In this document: piece by piece, positions 1 to 9,415 of the stretch | Layout of the letters: every line of letters starts with the position of its first letter | How positions within the stretch are numbered: the first letter of the stretch is position 1 | Assembly: GCA_963749705.1 (NCBI GenBank) | Contig: CAVVNQ010000002.1 | Location: 64,001 to 128,000, forward strand | Origin: an uncultured Chloroflexia bacterium | Lineage (GTDB): Bacteria > Chloroflexota > Limnocylindria > Limnocylindrales > CSP1-4 | Direction of reading: 5' to 3' | DNA length: 64,000 bases | Program-made: the position numbers and the translations under genes | Notes under the pieces: model-generated | Told to the model about the DNA's origin: nothing | What the model saw: only the letters and a program-made list of their open reading frames with translations | The model's database searches: none

Positions 1-67
1 GTCCGAGCCCCGCGGTCGGCTGACCGCGGTTACGGGCGCATCCCGGCCGAACGGAGGAGCGACCGCC

Positions 68-1285
68 TTGATCCGTCGTCTCCAGCTCATCACCCTCGCC
101 GTCGTCCTCGCCGTGGCGGCGTTCTCGACGGGCTGGCCGTTCCTGTTCTTCCTCGTCTACGTCACCCTGCTCGTCGGCGGCGGCAGCTACATCCTCACGC
201 GACTTGGCCTGTCGGACCTCGAAGCGGGATACGCGGTCAACCAGCTCAGCGGACACGTCGGTGATCGGCTGCGCGTCACGTACACGCTGCGCAACACCGG
301 CCGGCTGCCCAAGCCGTGGCTCGAGGTCCACAACCCCACGACGCTGCCGGACGGGCTCCAGGGACGCGCCCTCGGCCTCGCCGGTCGCGAGGAGAAGTCG
401 TGGATGGTCAGGCTCCAGCTCATGCGCCGCGGCCACTTCCGGATCGAGCCGCTCCAGATCCGCACCGGCGACCCGTTCGGTTTCTTCGAGGCGTCGGCGA
501 GCGTCGGCCAGGGCGTGACCATGATCGTCTACCCGCGGATCGACCCGCTGCCGCTGTGGCGGCTGCCACCCGCCAACCTCGAGGGTGCGCACGCGTCACC
601 CGAGCGCACCCTCCAGACGACACCGCTCGCGACGACCGTGCGGCCGTACGCGCCGGGTGACTCGATGAACCGGATCCACTGGCGCTCGACCGCCCGCCTG
701 GGCGAGATCCAGGTCAAGGAGTTCGAGCTCGAGCAGACCGCCGATGCCTGGATCTTCCTCGATCTCGATGCCGCCTTCGAGGCAGGCGAAGGTGAGGACA
801 GCACGACCGAGGTCGCGGTCCGCGCCGCGGCGTCCATCGCGGACAAGGCGATCGGCGAGAACCGCGCGGTGGGCCTGACGCTCAATGCGCACCGGATCAC
901 GGTGCTGCCCGCCGATCGAGGCTCCCGCCAGCGGCTCAAGATCCTGCAGCTCCTGGCATCGGTCGATGCCGACGGACAGACGCCGTTCGTCGAGGCGCTG
1001 GTGACCGGCCTGACCCGCCTTCGCCGGGGCATGACGGCGATCATCATCACGGCGTCCTTGGACCCCTCGTTCATCCGGCCGCTCGCGACCCTTCGCGGAC
1101 GGGGCATCGGATCGGTGGTCGTGCTGCTCGACCCGATGGCGTTCGGCGCCGAGGCGGACGGACCAGACGAGATCGAGACGCGACGCCAGCGGACCCGTGC
1201 CCTTCGGCACGCGCTCGCCGAGTTCGAGCTGCCGACGGTGTCCGTCGGGCCGACGAGGGACCTGGGCGGGGTGCTCGTCCGATGA
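68..1285 (+). CDS. DUF58 domain protein (MoxR-associated, vWA-like)
   Basis: N-terminal TM, then RRG..DPFG, VRPYAPGDSMNRIHWRSTAR and VKEFE motifs typical of DUF58; directly upstream of a transglutaminase; TTG start after GGAGGAG. Confidence 0.9.
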   Translation: MIRRLQLITLAVVLAVAAFSTGWPFLFFLVYVTLLVGGGSYILTRLGLSDLEAGYAVNQLSGHVGDRLRVTYTLRNTGRLPKPWLEVHNPTTLPDGLQGRALGLAGREEKSWMVRLQLMRRGHFRIEPLQIRTGDPFGFFEASASVGQGVTMIVYPRIDPLPLWRLPPANLEGAHASPERTLQTTPLATTVRPYAPGDSMNRIHWRSTARLGEIQVKEFELEQTADAWIFLDLDAAFEAGEGEDSTTEVAVRAAASIADKAIGENRAVGLTLNAHRITVLPADRGSRQRLKILQLLASVDADGQTPFVEALVTGLTRLRRGMTAIIITASLDPSFIRPLATLRGRGIGSVVVLLDPMAFGAEADGPDEIETRRQRTRALRHALAEFELPTVSVGPTRDLGGVLVR

Positions 1286-3582
1286 GCGACCTGAGGCTTC
1301 GACGACCGGAGGAGGGCTGGCTGCCGCTCGCGCTGGTGGCGTTCATCGCGATCATCCTCGGTCTCGCGATCGACGATCCCGGATGGGTCAACGGCAAGGA
1401 GGCGCTGACCAACAGCCTGCCGGGGCTCGCGCTGATCGGTGTCGCCGTGGGCTTCGCGGGTCCCAAGCTCGGGCTTGGCCGCTGGACGACCCACCTGGTG
1501 GGGGCGATCCTCGCCGCCCTGGTGATCCCCGTCGCTGCGGGCTGGGCTCTCCACCCCGGGGCATCGATCCCGGATGCGTTCGGGGCGACGGCGGCCGGCA
1601 CCGTCAACGCCTACCTCGACCTGGCCTGGCGCGGGCGCCAGTTCACGAGCGAGGAGATCCACTACATCCTGACGCTGGGCATCATCGTGTGGGGCACGAT
1701 GCAGTTCGCCTCGTATGCCGTGTTCGGCCATCGGCGGCCCCTGAATGCCGTGATCGTCGTCGGCCTCGTGCTGATCGCCAACATGTCGATCACCAGCCGC
1801 GACCAGCTGCCGCACCTCATGGCGTTCACGGCGGCGTCGCTGCTGCTCCTGATCGCGATGCACGCGTTCGATGAGCGCTCGATCTGGAACCGCCGCCGGA
1901 TCGGCGACCCGGGCACGCTCGCGACCCTGTACCTGCGGGGCGGCACGGTGTTCATCGTCCTCGCCATGTTCGGCTCGCTGGTGCTCACGCAGCGCGCCGC
2001 ATCGAGCCCGCTCGCGGGCGCCTGGACCGGCGTCAACGGCCAGCTGATCGAGGCGGGCGAGACGCTGTCGCGCCTGTTCCCGCTGGGCGGCGACGCGCGG
2101 TCCCCGGGCGGCGTGCGGTTCGGCGCGAGCGCCCGCATCTCGAGCCAGTGGTTCAGCGACGACGGCACCGCCTTCGTGGCCACGGTCCCGGCCGGGTCGC
2201 CGCTCGAGCGGTGGCGGGCCGCGACGTATGACCAGTTCTCGCTCGACGGGTGGGAGCAGACCGACGTCCTGCGTGCCCCGGTCGCCGCGGGCGATCAGCT
2301 CCTGGCCGGCACGCCCGAGGATCCGGTCCCGGACCTGACCCGCGAGGTCAAGGTCCAGGTTCGCCCGGACCGGTACCAGGACCGGATGGTCGTGAGCCCC
2401 GGAACCCCGTCGACGGTCTCGGCGGCGACCACGGTGCTGTTCGCCGGAGAGGCAGGCTGGTTCGATGGCGTCGAGCTGGCCGGCGACGGGAGCGCCTACG
2501 ACGTCACGACCCGTGAGCTCATGCTCGGCGACACGGATCTCATCTCCGGCAATCGCCTGCGCGTGGCCTCGACGGACTACCCGCTGTCGATCACCGATCG
2601 CTACACGGACGTCCCCGCCGGTGCGATGGGCCCGGATGCGGCCAACCTGCTGTCGACCATCCTCCAGCAGGCGCATCCGGACAACCCGTACGACGCGGCC
2701 GTGGCCATCGAGAGCTACCTCAAGAACGGCAGCAACTTCCACTACCAGATCGACGTCCGCGACGTGAACTGCTCGGCCCCGAGCTCCGTCGAGTGCTTCG
2801 CGCGCACCCGTCGCGGCTACTGCCTCCACTACGCGTCGACGATGGCGATCCTGCTGCGCGCGGCGTTCCCCACCAACCCGATCCCCACGCGGCTGGTCCA
2901 GGGCTTCCTGCCCGGCACGCGGAGCGGGACGACCGAGACGGTGCTCGACCGCAACGCCCACGCATGGGTGGAGGTGTACTTCCCCGGATACGGCTGGATC
3001 CCGTTCGACCCGACGGGCGGCAACGTGGGCCTTCCGTCCGAGATCCAGGAGGGCCCGGTCGTGCCCAGCCCGTCGCTGGCGGTGCCGTCGGGGGACCCGC
3101 GGGAGGTCGAGCAGACGCCGCACGCACCGATCCTCAACCCGTCGGACGGGTCGCAGGGTCCGACGCCCACCAGCGGCCCCAACAACACCGGGCTCGCCCT
3201 GCTCGCCGCCGCGCTGCTGGTGCTGCTCACCGGGGGGATCGCGCTGGCCGCCTGGGTTCGTGGACCCCGCGGTGAGGTCAACCCGGACGGGGCCTGGCTG
3301 ACGCTGGCCCGCGGCGCCTCGAGGCTGGGCTTTGCACCGCGCCCGACCCAGACGATCTACGAATACGCATCCGCGCTCGGTGAGCTCGTCCCCGTGGCAC
3401 GGGCCGACCTCCAGACGGTCGCCGACGCGAAGGTCGAGACCCAGTACGCGCGGCTCCACCTGGGCGACGACCGGATGCGCGCCGTCCGCGAGGCCGTCCG
3501 GCGGCTACGCGTATCGCTGCTCCGACTCGTGTTCCGCCGGCGCGGGCTGCGCTGGCTTTGGAGGCTCGGCCGCCGCCCGTGA
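1282..3582 (+). CDS. TgpA-family membrane transglutaminase-like protein
   Basis: Multiple N-terminal TMs; catalytic triad in GYCLHYAS / AHAWVEVY / FDPT; C-terminal TM and DUF4129-like tail; ATGA overlap with the DUF58 gene. Confidence 0.92.
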   Translation: MSDLRLRRPEEGWLPLALVAFIAIILGLAIDDPGWVNGKEALTNSLPGLALIGVAVGFAGPKLGLGRWTTHLVGAILAALVIPVAAGWALHPGASIPDAFGATAAGTVNAYLDLAWRGRQFTSEEIHYILTLGIIVWGTMQFASYAVFGHRRPLNAVIVVGLVLIANMSITSRDQLPHLMAFTAASLLLLIAMHAFDERSIWNRRRIGDPGTLATLYLRGGTVFIVLAMFGSLVLTQRAASSPLAGAWTGVNGQLIEAGETLSRLFPLGGDARSPGGVRFGASARISSQWFSDDGTAFVATVPAGSPLERWRAATYDQFSLDGWEQTDVLRAPVAAGDQLLAGTPEDPVPDLTREVKVQVRPDRYQDRMVVSPGTPSTVSAATTVLFAGEAGWFDGVELAGDGSAYDVTTRELMLGDTDLISGNRLRVASTDYPLSITDRYTDVPAGAMGPDAANLLSTILQQAHPDNPYDAAVAIESYLKNGSNFHYQIDVRDVNCSAPSSVECFARTRRGYCLHYASTMAILLRAAFPTNPIPTRLVQGFLPGTRSGTTETVLDRNAHAWVEVYFPGYGWIPFDPTGGNVGLPSEIQEGPVVPSPSLAVPSGDPREVEQTPHAPILNPSDGSQGPTPTSGPNNTGLALLAAALLVLLTGGIALAAWVRGPRGEVNPDGAWLTLARGASRLGFAPRPTQTIYEYASALGELVPVARADLQTVADAKVETQYARLHLGDDRMRAVREAVRRLRVSLLRLVFRRRGLRWLWRLGRRP

Positions 3583-3597
3583 GGCGGCGACGACGCG

Positions 3598-4497
3598 CTA
3601 CAGGGCGCCCGACCGCGCCCGCCGTTCCGCCGCCTCGCGCGCCTGCTCGTCGATCATCGGCGCCAGGTGCTCCGCGAGGTTGAGCGCGCGCATGACCGCG
3701 CGGCCGCCGCGGAGCTCGACGACCGAGATCGCGCACAGGTCGAAGCTGAACGTCCAGAAATGGTCGAGCGGGATCCCGAACATCGTCAGCAGCACGACCT
3801 TGAACACGCCGTCGTGGCCCACCAGGATCGACCACGGCTGCTCCGCGGGCGCGACGCCGCGATAGCCGCCGACCTGGGGACGGTCGAGGCTGCCGGGTTG
3901 GCGGCCCCGGGCGAGGCGTTCGAGGATGCCGGCCAGCGCCGGCCTGACGCGCGCCTGGACGACGGCAAGCGACTCGCCGCCCGGCGCCCAGGCTTCGACG
4001 GGTCGCCGTCGCCAGGCCGCCAGCTCGGGCGCCCAGCGGCGCATGATCTCGTCGTGGGTGACGCCCTCCCACTCGCCCTGCCCGATCTCCATGATCCCGG
4101 CATCTGCCCGGACGACGACGCCCGGTGCGCCGGCGGTCGTTTCGCCGGCGTCCGGTTCGCCCGCGGCCGCTGCGCCATGGTCCGGAGCATCCGCGGTCCC
4201 GGGCCGGTCCGAAGCCCTGTCTGAGCGCCCGGCCTCGATGGCATCGGCGACCGCAGCCGCCGTCGCCCGGGTGCGTGCGAGGGGCGAGTGGACGATCTCG
4301 AGCGGCAGCCCCGCGGGCACCGGCAGGGCAGGGGAGGCGTGCGGCCGGGCGAGCCGGCCCGCGGCAAGCTCCGCCTGACGGCGGCCGGTTGCCGACAGCG
4401 GCGTCTCGGCCTGGCCCTGGAACCGGCCCTCGGCGATCCATTCGGACTCCCCGTGGCGGAGCAGGACCAGCGTCGCGTCCAGCCCTTCGGGGATCAG
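3598..4497 (-). CDS. Histidine phosphatase family protein, probable phosphoserine phosphatase (start uncertain)
   Basis: LLRHGES..RFQG, SPLARTRATA, EIGQGEWEG, PGGES and VGHDG motifs; downstream of serA; no in-frame ATG/GTG near the RHG motif (see findings). Confidence 0.8.
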   Translation of the reverse strand: MIPEGLDATLVLLRHGESEWIAEGRFQGQAETPLSATGRRQAELAAGRLARPHASPALPVPAGLPLEIVHSPLARTRATAAAVADAIEAGRSDRASDRPGTADAPDHGAAAAGEPDAGETTAGAPGVVVRADAGIMEIGQGEWEGVTHDEIMRRWAPELAAWRRRPVEAWAPGGESLAVVQARVRPALAGILERLARGRQPGSLDRPQVGGYRGVAPAEQPWSILVGHDGVFKVVLLTMFGIPLDHFWTFSFDLCAISVVELRGGRAVMRALNLAEHLAPMIDEQAREAAERRARSGAL

Positions 4498-4540
4498 CGG
4501 TCCGGCAGGGAGCCCGGGTCGCCGGACGGTGCCCCCTGGC

Positions 4541-6124
4541 TCACCGCTCTCCGCCCAGCCGGATCGTCCACACGTCGATGACCGCGGGGTTGGCGCGGAT
4601 CGCGTCGGCGACCGACGGCGGGACATCGTCGTCGAGGGCGAGGACCATGAACGCATCAGCACGCGGCGCGGAACGGGCCAGCGTCATGGCGCTGATGTTG
4701 ACGTCGGCCTCACCCAGCAGCGAGCCGATCTGGCCCATCGTGCCGGGCCTGTCGCGGTGCCGGGTGATCAGCATCGAGTCCGATGGTGCGAGGTCCATCG
4801 CGTGCTCGTCCAGCCGCACGATCCGGGCCTCGCCGTTGGCCACCGTCCCCGCGACCGTCGCGGTGTGGCCGCCGGTCTCCGCCGTCAGCGTGAGCAGCGA
4901 CGAGAACGGCCCCGCGTCGGGCGTCTTGCGCTCGACCAGCGTGATCCCGCGCGCCTTGGCCAGCGTTGCCGCGTTGACCAGGTTCACCCGCTCGGTGGTC
5001 GCGGTCTCGAGCAGGCCCCGAAGGACCGCCGCGGCCAGCGACGATGCGTCGTAGCCCGCCGGCTCGCCGGCGATCTCGAGGGTCACCGTTCGCGGGGCCG
5101 TTCGTGCGAACTGGGCGAGGAACCTGCCGAGCGTCTCGGCCAGGGGGAGGTAGGGTGCGATCGACTGGGCCGTCTCGGGGGTCAGCAGCGGGGCATTGAC
5201 GGCGTAGCGGGCCGGGCGTCCGTCGAGGACGTCGAGGATCTGCTCCGCGACCTCCTCGGCCACGGCGACCTGTGCCTCGGCGGTCGAGGCACCCAGGTGG
5301 GGCGTGAGCAGCGTGTTCGGCGCGTCGAGCAGCGGGGAGCCGGTCGGCGGCTCCTTCTCGAACACGTCGATCGCGGCACCCCCGATCCGGCCCGCCCGGA
5401 GGGCGTCCGCCACGGCGGCCTCGTCGAGGATCCCGCCTCGGGCGACGTTGAGCAGGAACACACCGGGCTTCATGCGTGCGATGGCCACGGCGTCGATCAT
5501 GCCCCGGGTCGCGCGCGTCATCGGTACGTGGACGGTGATCACGTCTGCGCGCGCGATCAGCTCATCGAACGTGACCAGCTCCACCCCGAGGTTCGCGGCC
5601 TGGTCGGCGGTGACGAACGGGTCCGACCCGACAACCGTCATCTCCATCGCACGGGCGCGGACGGCGATCGCCTGCCCGATCTTGCCCAGGCCGACGATCC
5701 CGAGGGTCTTGCCGCGCAGCTCCACCCCGGTGAACTGCGATCGCTTCCACTCGCCGCGCCGTATCGACGCATCCGCGGCGGCGGTGCGGCGCGCCAGGCC
5801 GTACAGGAGTGCCAGCGTGTGCTCCGCCGCGGCGATGGTATTGCCGGTGGGCGCGTTGACGACGGTGATCCCGGCCCGCGTCGCCGCCTCGAGATCCACG
5901 TTGTCGACGCCGACCCCGGCCCGCCCGATCACGATCAGGCGCGTGCCCGCCGCGATCAGGTCGGCGTCGACCTTGACCTGGCTCCGGACGACCAGCGCGT
6001 CGTAGTCGGGGAGGATCGAGGCGATCTCCTCGTGTGACAGGCCCAGCTTCTCGTCGACCTCGTGATGGGACCCCAGGAGCTCGAGGCCCTCCGGTGCGAG
6101 CGCCTCGACCGCCAGGATCCTCAT
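4541..6124 (-). CDS. serA: D-3-phosphoglycerate dehydrogenase
   Basis: Starts MRILAVE at 6124 (ATGA overlap); GRAGVGVDNVD, GLGKIG, NVARGG and TPHLGAST motifs; ASB and C-terminal ACT (DRPG) domains. Confidence 0.96.
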   Translation of the reverse strand: MRILAVEALAPEGLELLGSHHEVDEKLGLSHEEIASILPDYDALVVRSQVKVDADLIAAGTRLIVIGRAGVGVDNVDLEAATRAGITVVNAPTGNTIAAAEHTLALLYGLARRTAAADASIRRGEWKRSQFTGVELRGKTLGIVGLGKIGQAIAVRARAMEMTVVGSDPFVTADQAANLGVELVTFDELIARADVITVHVPMTRATRGMIDAVAIARMKPGVFLLNVARGGILDEAAVADALRAGRIGGAAIDVFEKEPPTGSPLLDAPNTLLTPHLGASTAEAQVAVAEEVAEQILDVLDGRPARYAVNAPLLTPETAQSIAPYLPLAETLGRFLAQFARTAPRTVTLEIAGEPAGYDASSLAAAVLRGLLETATTERVNLVNAATLAKARGITLVERKTPDAGPFSSLLTLTAETGGHTATVAGTVANGEARIVRLDEHAMDLAPSDSMLITRHRDRPGTMGQIGSLLGEADVNISAMTLARSAPRADAFMVLALDDDVPPSVADAIRANPAVIDVWTIRLGGER

Positions 6125-7290
6125 GCCATCGCCGCCGCGACGCGCTGCCCGACGAGCGCCCGCTGGGCGGCGGCCACGGCCTCGCCCGCTTGCACGGCCA
6201 TGCCGTGCTCGATCGCGACGGCCTCGATGACGCCGATCGCCGCCAGGATCTCGTCCGTGGTGACGGATCCCAGGTGCCCGACCCGGAAGATCCTGCCCTT
6301 GAGCTTGCCCTGCCCACCGGCGAGCACCAGCCCGCGCGCCCTGAGCGCAGCGTTGAACGCCTTCCAGTCCACGCCGTCCGGGACCCACGCCGCCGTGACC
6401 GTCTGCGAAGCGACCGCATCGTCGGCGAGCAGGTTGAAGCCGATCGCACGGAGCCCGGCACGGGTCATCGCCGCGCACGCCCGGTGACGTGCGAACACCC
6501 CGTCACCCTCCGCCTGCATCAACCGCAGGCCCTCGTCGATCTGGTACATCACCGCCACCGCGGGCGTCCAGGGCGTCTCGCCGTTGACCGCCGCGTCGCG
6601 ATGTCGCTTCAGATCCAGGTAGAACCTGGGCATCCTCGCCGTCTCGCCGGCCGCCCAGGCGCGGGGCCCGACCGCGGCCATCGCCATGCCCGGCGCCGAC
6701 ATCCACGCCTTCTGCGAGCCCGTCACCACCAGGTCCAGGCCCCAGGCGTCCATCTCGAACGGGACGGCTCCCAGCGCGGAGATCGCATCGACCAGGATCA
6801 ACGCCTCGGGCGCCACCTCGCGGATCGCCGCCGCAAGCGCCGGGATGTCGTTGGTCACCCCGGTCGAGGTCTCGTTATGGGTCAGCAGGACCGCCCTGAG
6901 CCCGCGGACGGCCGCCGCAGCTGCCCGGACGTCGGCCGCGGCGGCGGCCTCCCCCCACTCGACATCGAGCCGCGTGACCGCGGCGCCATAGGCCTCGGCG
7001 ATGCTCGCGAACCGGTCACCGAACGAACCGATCGTCACTGCCAGCACCGGGTCCCCGGGCGACAACGTGTTGACGACGGTGGCTTCGAGCGCGCCCGTGC
7101 CGGCGCAGGTGAGCATCACGACGTCGCAGGTCGTGCCGAAGTACGGCTTGACGCCCGCCTCGACCCGTTTGAGGAGCGCCTTGAACTCCTCGCCGCGGTG
7201 GTTGACCATCTGGCGTCCGCCGGCCTCGCGGACGGTCGGGGGGAGGGCCGTGGGCCCTGGGATGCGGAGGTTCGGCTCGAAGCGGCTCAC
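6121..7290 (-). CDS. Class V PLP aminotransferase (alanine-glyoxylate/serine-pyruvate type), probable phosphoserine aminotransferase
   Basis: IPGPT, HNETSTG, VDAISA, GSQK (PLP lysine) and FRVGHLG; coupled to serA; GTG start after CAGGAG. Confidence 0.9.
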   Translation of the reverse strand: MSRFEPNLRIPGPTALPPTVREAGGRQMVNHRGEEFKALLKRVEAGVKPYFGTTCDVVMLTCAGTGALEATVVNTLSPGDPVLAVTIGSFGDRFASIAEAYGAAVTRLDVEWGEAAAAADVRAAAAAVRGLRAVLLTHNETSTGVTNDIPALAAAIREVAPEALILVDAISALGAVPFEMDAWGLDLVVTGSQKAWMSAPGMAMAAVGPRAWAAGETARMPRFYLDLKRHRDAAVNGETPWTPAVAVMYQIDEGLRLMQAEGDGVFARHRACAAMTRAGLRAIGFNLLADDAVASQTVTAAWVPDGVDWKAFNAALRARGLVLAGGQGKLKGRIFRVGHLGSVTTDEILAAIGVIEAVAIEHGMAVQAGEAVAAAQRALVGQRVAAAMA

Positions 7291-7347
7291 GTCGGTCTCC
7301 TGGGGTCGCGGGGTTCACGCGATGGTGCCCCAGGTGACAGCCCGCCG

Positions 7348-7374
7348 TCTACCGTGGTAGATATGACGTCATAT
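7348..7374. promoter_or_regulatory. Tandem palindromes, probable VapBC autoregulatory operator
   Basis: TCTACC-GT-GGTAGA (7348-7361) and the perfect 14-bp palindrome ATATGACGTCATAT (7361-7374), which overlaps the antitoxin start codon. Confidence 0.6.
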
Positions 7375-7621
7375 GCAAACGGTGCGAACGACGATCCTGC
7401 TCGATGCCGACCTGCTCGACCGCCTCGAGCGGCACGTGCAGCGGCAGCGGACGACGAAGACCGCGGTGATCGCGGCGGCCGTCGAGGCGTGGCTGGACAC
7501 CCACGAGGCGGTGCCGGACTTCCCGTTCGTCGGGATCGGGCGCAGCGGGCACGGCCGGCTGTCCCTCGACGGGCGGTCGATCACCCGACGTGACGCGGGC
7601 CGGCGGGGGAGCCGTCGCTGA
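7373..7621 (+). CDS. vapB: Ribbon-helix-helix (CopG-like) antitoxin
   Basis: RTTILLD beta strand plus two helices (KTAVIAAAV); TGATG overlap with a PIN gene. Confidence 0.8.
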   Translation: MQTVRTTILLDADLLDRLERHVQRQRTTKTAVIAAAVEAWLDTHEAVPDFPFVGIGRSGHGRLSLDGRSITRRDAGRRGSRR

Positions 7622-8034
7622 TGGCGATCCTGCTCGACCCGTCGGCGGTGCTCGCGGCCGCGGACACCGCGGACCTGAACCACGGTGCCGCGGTCGAATG
7701 GTTCGCGCGGATCGACGAGCCCGTCCTGCTCGGTTCGCTCGGCCTGGCCGAGCTGGACATGGTCCTCCAGCGCGAGCTCGGCGTGGACGCGATCGGTGCC
7801 GTGGTCGACTCGATCGTGAGCGGATCGATCCGTCTCGTGACGCCGACGCAGGATGACCTCACCCGTGCCGTGGAGCTCCTGGCGCAGGCGGTCGAGCATC
7901 GACCGCGTCTCGCGGACGCGCTGCTCGTCGCCTCCGCGGAGCGGCTCGGGATCCGCCGCGTCGCGGCGTTCGATCGCCGGCCGCTCGCCGTGTTCAAGCC
8001 GCGGCACGTTCGGAGCCTGGACTTCGAGCCGTAG
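7621..8034 (+). CDS. vapC: PIN-domain ribonuclease toxin
   Basis: 137 aa with acidic residues at LLDPS, LAELD, LADALL and AFDRR. Confidence 0.88.
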   Translation: MAILLDPSAVLAAADTADLNHGAAVEWFARIDEPVLLGSLGLAELDMVLQRELGVDAIGAVVDSIVSGSIRLVTPTQDDLTRAVELLAQAVEHRPRLADALLVASAERLGIRRVAAFDRRPLAVFKPRHVRSLDFEP

Positions 8035-8050
8035 CGGCCGCGTGGAATCA

Positions 8051-8079
8051 GAACGGGGCCGGCAAGGCCGGCCCCGTTC
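8051..8079. terminator. Hairpin between convergent vapC and RDD genes, probable bidirectional terminator
   Basis: Perfect 13-bp inverted repeat GAACGGGGCCGGC-AAG-GCCGGCCCCGTTC. Confidence 0.7.
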
Positions 8080-8102
8080 GCAGGCGTGGGATGCGGTGCG
8101 TC

Positions 8103-8723
8103 CTAACCCACGCGCTTGACGACGACCGTGCCCGCCTGCACGTCGTGGTAGCCCTGCCGCTTGGGACTCTGAGTAACCGTATACAGCAGGTACAACTCAT
8201 AGATGAACGCAAGCAGTCCGACGAGCGAGCCGAGCAGGCCAAGCGATCCGGGTGCGTACCCGAGCGCCGCACCAAGGGCCGTCGGGCCGAACAGGAACGC
8301 CCAGCGGCGGATGGCCTGTTCCTGCGTGAGCGTCGCGCCGTCCGCGGCGTTGACCGTCTCGAGACCGAGAGCCCGCTGTCCCAGGGACGCGCGCATCCTT
8401 GTCCACGTGTAGATGAAGTACACGGCGCTGCCGCCGATCGAGATCGCGGCCAGGACCACGGTGCCGATCAGGGCCACGATCCCGCCACCGGTGAAGATGG
8501 CGAGGACGAGAATGCCGACGATGAAGACGGCCACGATGAAGAAGATGATCGCGTCAATGATGTACGCGATCACGCGAGTCACCGTGTCCGCGTAGACGAC
8601 GCCCGGCGCCGGCCCGGCTGCCGGGGGCGCGGCTTGAAATCCGCCCGGCGCAGGCGGCGGCGGGGCCTGCCAGTTGTCTGAGCCCTGGGGCGTAGGGGGC
8701 GGCCCTCCCGCGGGATCCGTCAT
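8103..8723 (-). CDS. RDD family membrane protein
   Basis: Pro-rich N-terminus; RVIAYIID, SLGQRALGL and RQGYHDVQAGTVVV motifs; GGAGG SD. Confidence 0.9.
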   Translation of the reverse strand: MTDPAGGPPPTPQGSDNWQAPPPPAPGGFQAAPPAAGPAPGVVYADTVTRVIAYIIDAIIFFIVAVFIVGILVLAIFTGGGIVALIGTVVLAAISIGGSAVYFIYTWTRMRASLGQRALGLETVNAADGATLTQEQAIRRWAFLFGPTALGAALGYAPGSLGLLGSLVGLLAFIYELYLLYTVTQSPKRQGYHDVQAGTVVVKRVG

Positions 8724-9021
8724 TCAGCACCTCCCTCGTCGGTGCGACACGCACCGTCCGCTCCGAGGATACGACCCAGACCGATCGAGCGGAAGCCCCC
8801 TGCGTTGCGGACTGTTGTTCGCAGGCGCCACCAGGGCCGAGGATCCTCGCCGACGACTCTACGCGCCGCCGAATGGTGAATCTCCAGCAATTCGTCGTAT
8901 GGGAGACAAGGTGGACCTACGCCGCACAGCCTGGTCATTTCAGATATCACAAATGGACGACTTCGTGTCATCATGCATTTCGCCCACCGCCGCCCGATTG
9001 CGCCCCTGGAGTCGACACAAG

Positions 9022-9336
9022 ATGCGAATTCGCACCGCCAAGTTCGAAGAGCTCAAGCCGAAGTCGCGCGAGCGCGCGTTGTCTCCCCGCCAGCTGGCTG
9101 CATTGCAGCGAGAGGAGGAGATCCGGAAGGCGCTGGGGCGCCTCAAGTCCGATGATGATGTGATCGCGCTGGAGCTCGATCCCGCCGAGAAGATCCCCAC
9201 GATGCGGGCCGCCGTGAAGAAGGCGATTGCCGCGCACAAGGCCGGCACCAACATGGCGATCCGGGGTCGGACCATCTTCCTGTCGACGGCCAAGCTGCCG
9301 GGCGGACGCGGGGGGCGCAAGCCCAAGGCCGCCTGA
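9022..9336 (+). CDS. Small basic hypothetical protein (104 aa), candidate DNA-binding protein
   Basis: ATG at 9022 after GGAG; codon usage typical of the window from there on; K/R-rich with GGRGGRKPK tail. Confidence 0.7.
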   Translation: MRIRTAKFEELKPKSRERALSPRQLAALQREEEIRKALGRLKSDDDVIALELDPAEKIPTMRAAVKKAIAAHKAGTNMAIRGRTIFLSTAKLPGGRGGRKPKAA

Positions 9337-9415
9337 CGCCGTCCCGGGCCCGTTGCATCGGCCCCGGCTCGGACGTCACTCTCCGGCAGTCCGCCTGTCC
9401 GGAGCTCCACCCAGC

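Noticed and set aside
529-3459. Very long antisense or alternative-frame ORFs (e.g. 976 aa here, 1035 aa at 58203-61310, 754 aa at 50021-52285)
   Set aside because: Shadows of real genes caused by stop-codon scarcity in GC-rich DNA; R/G/A/P-rich with no motifs
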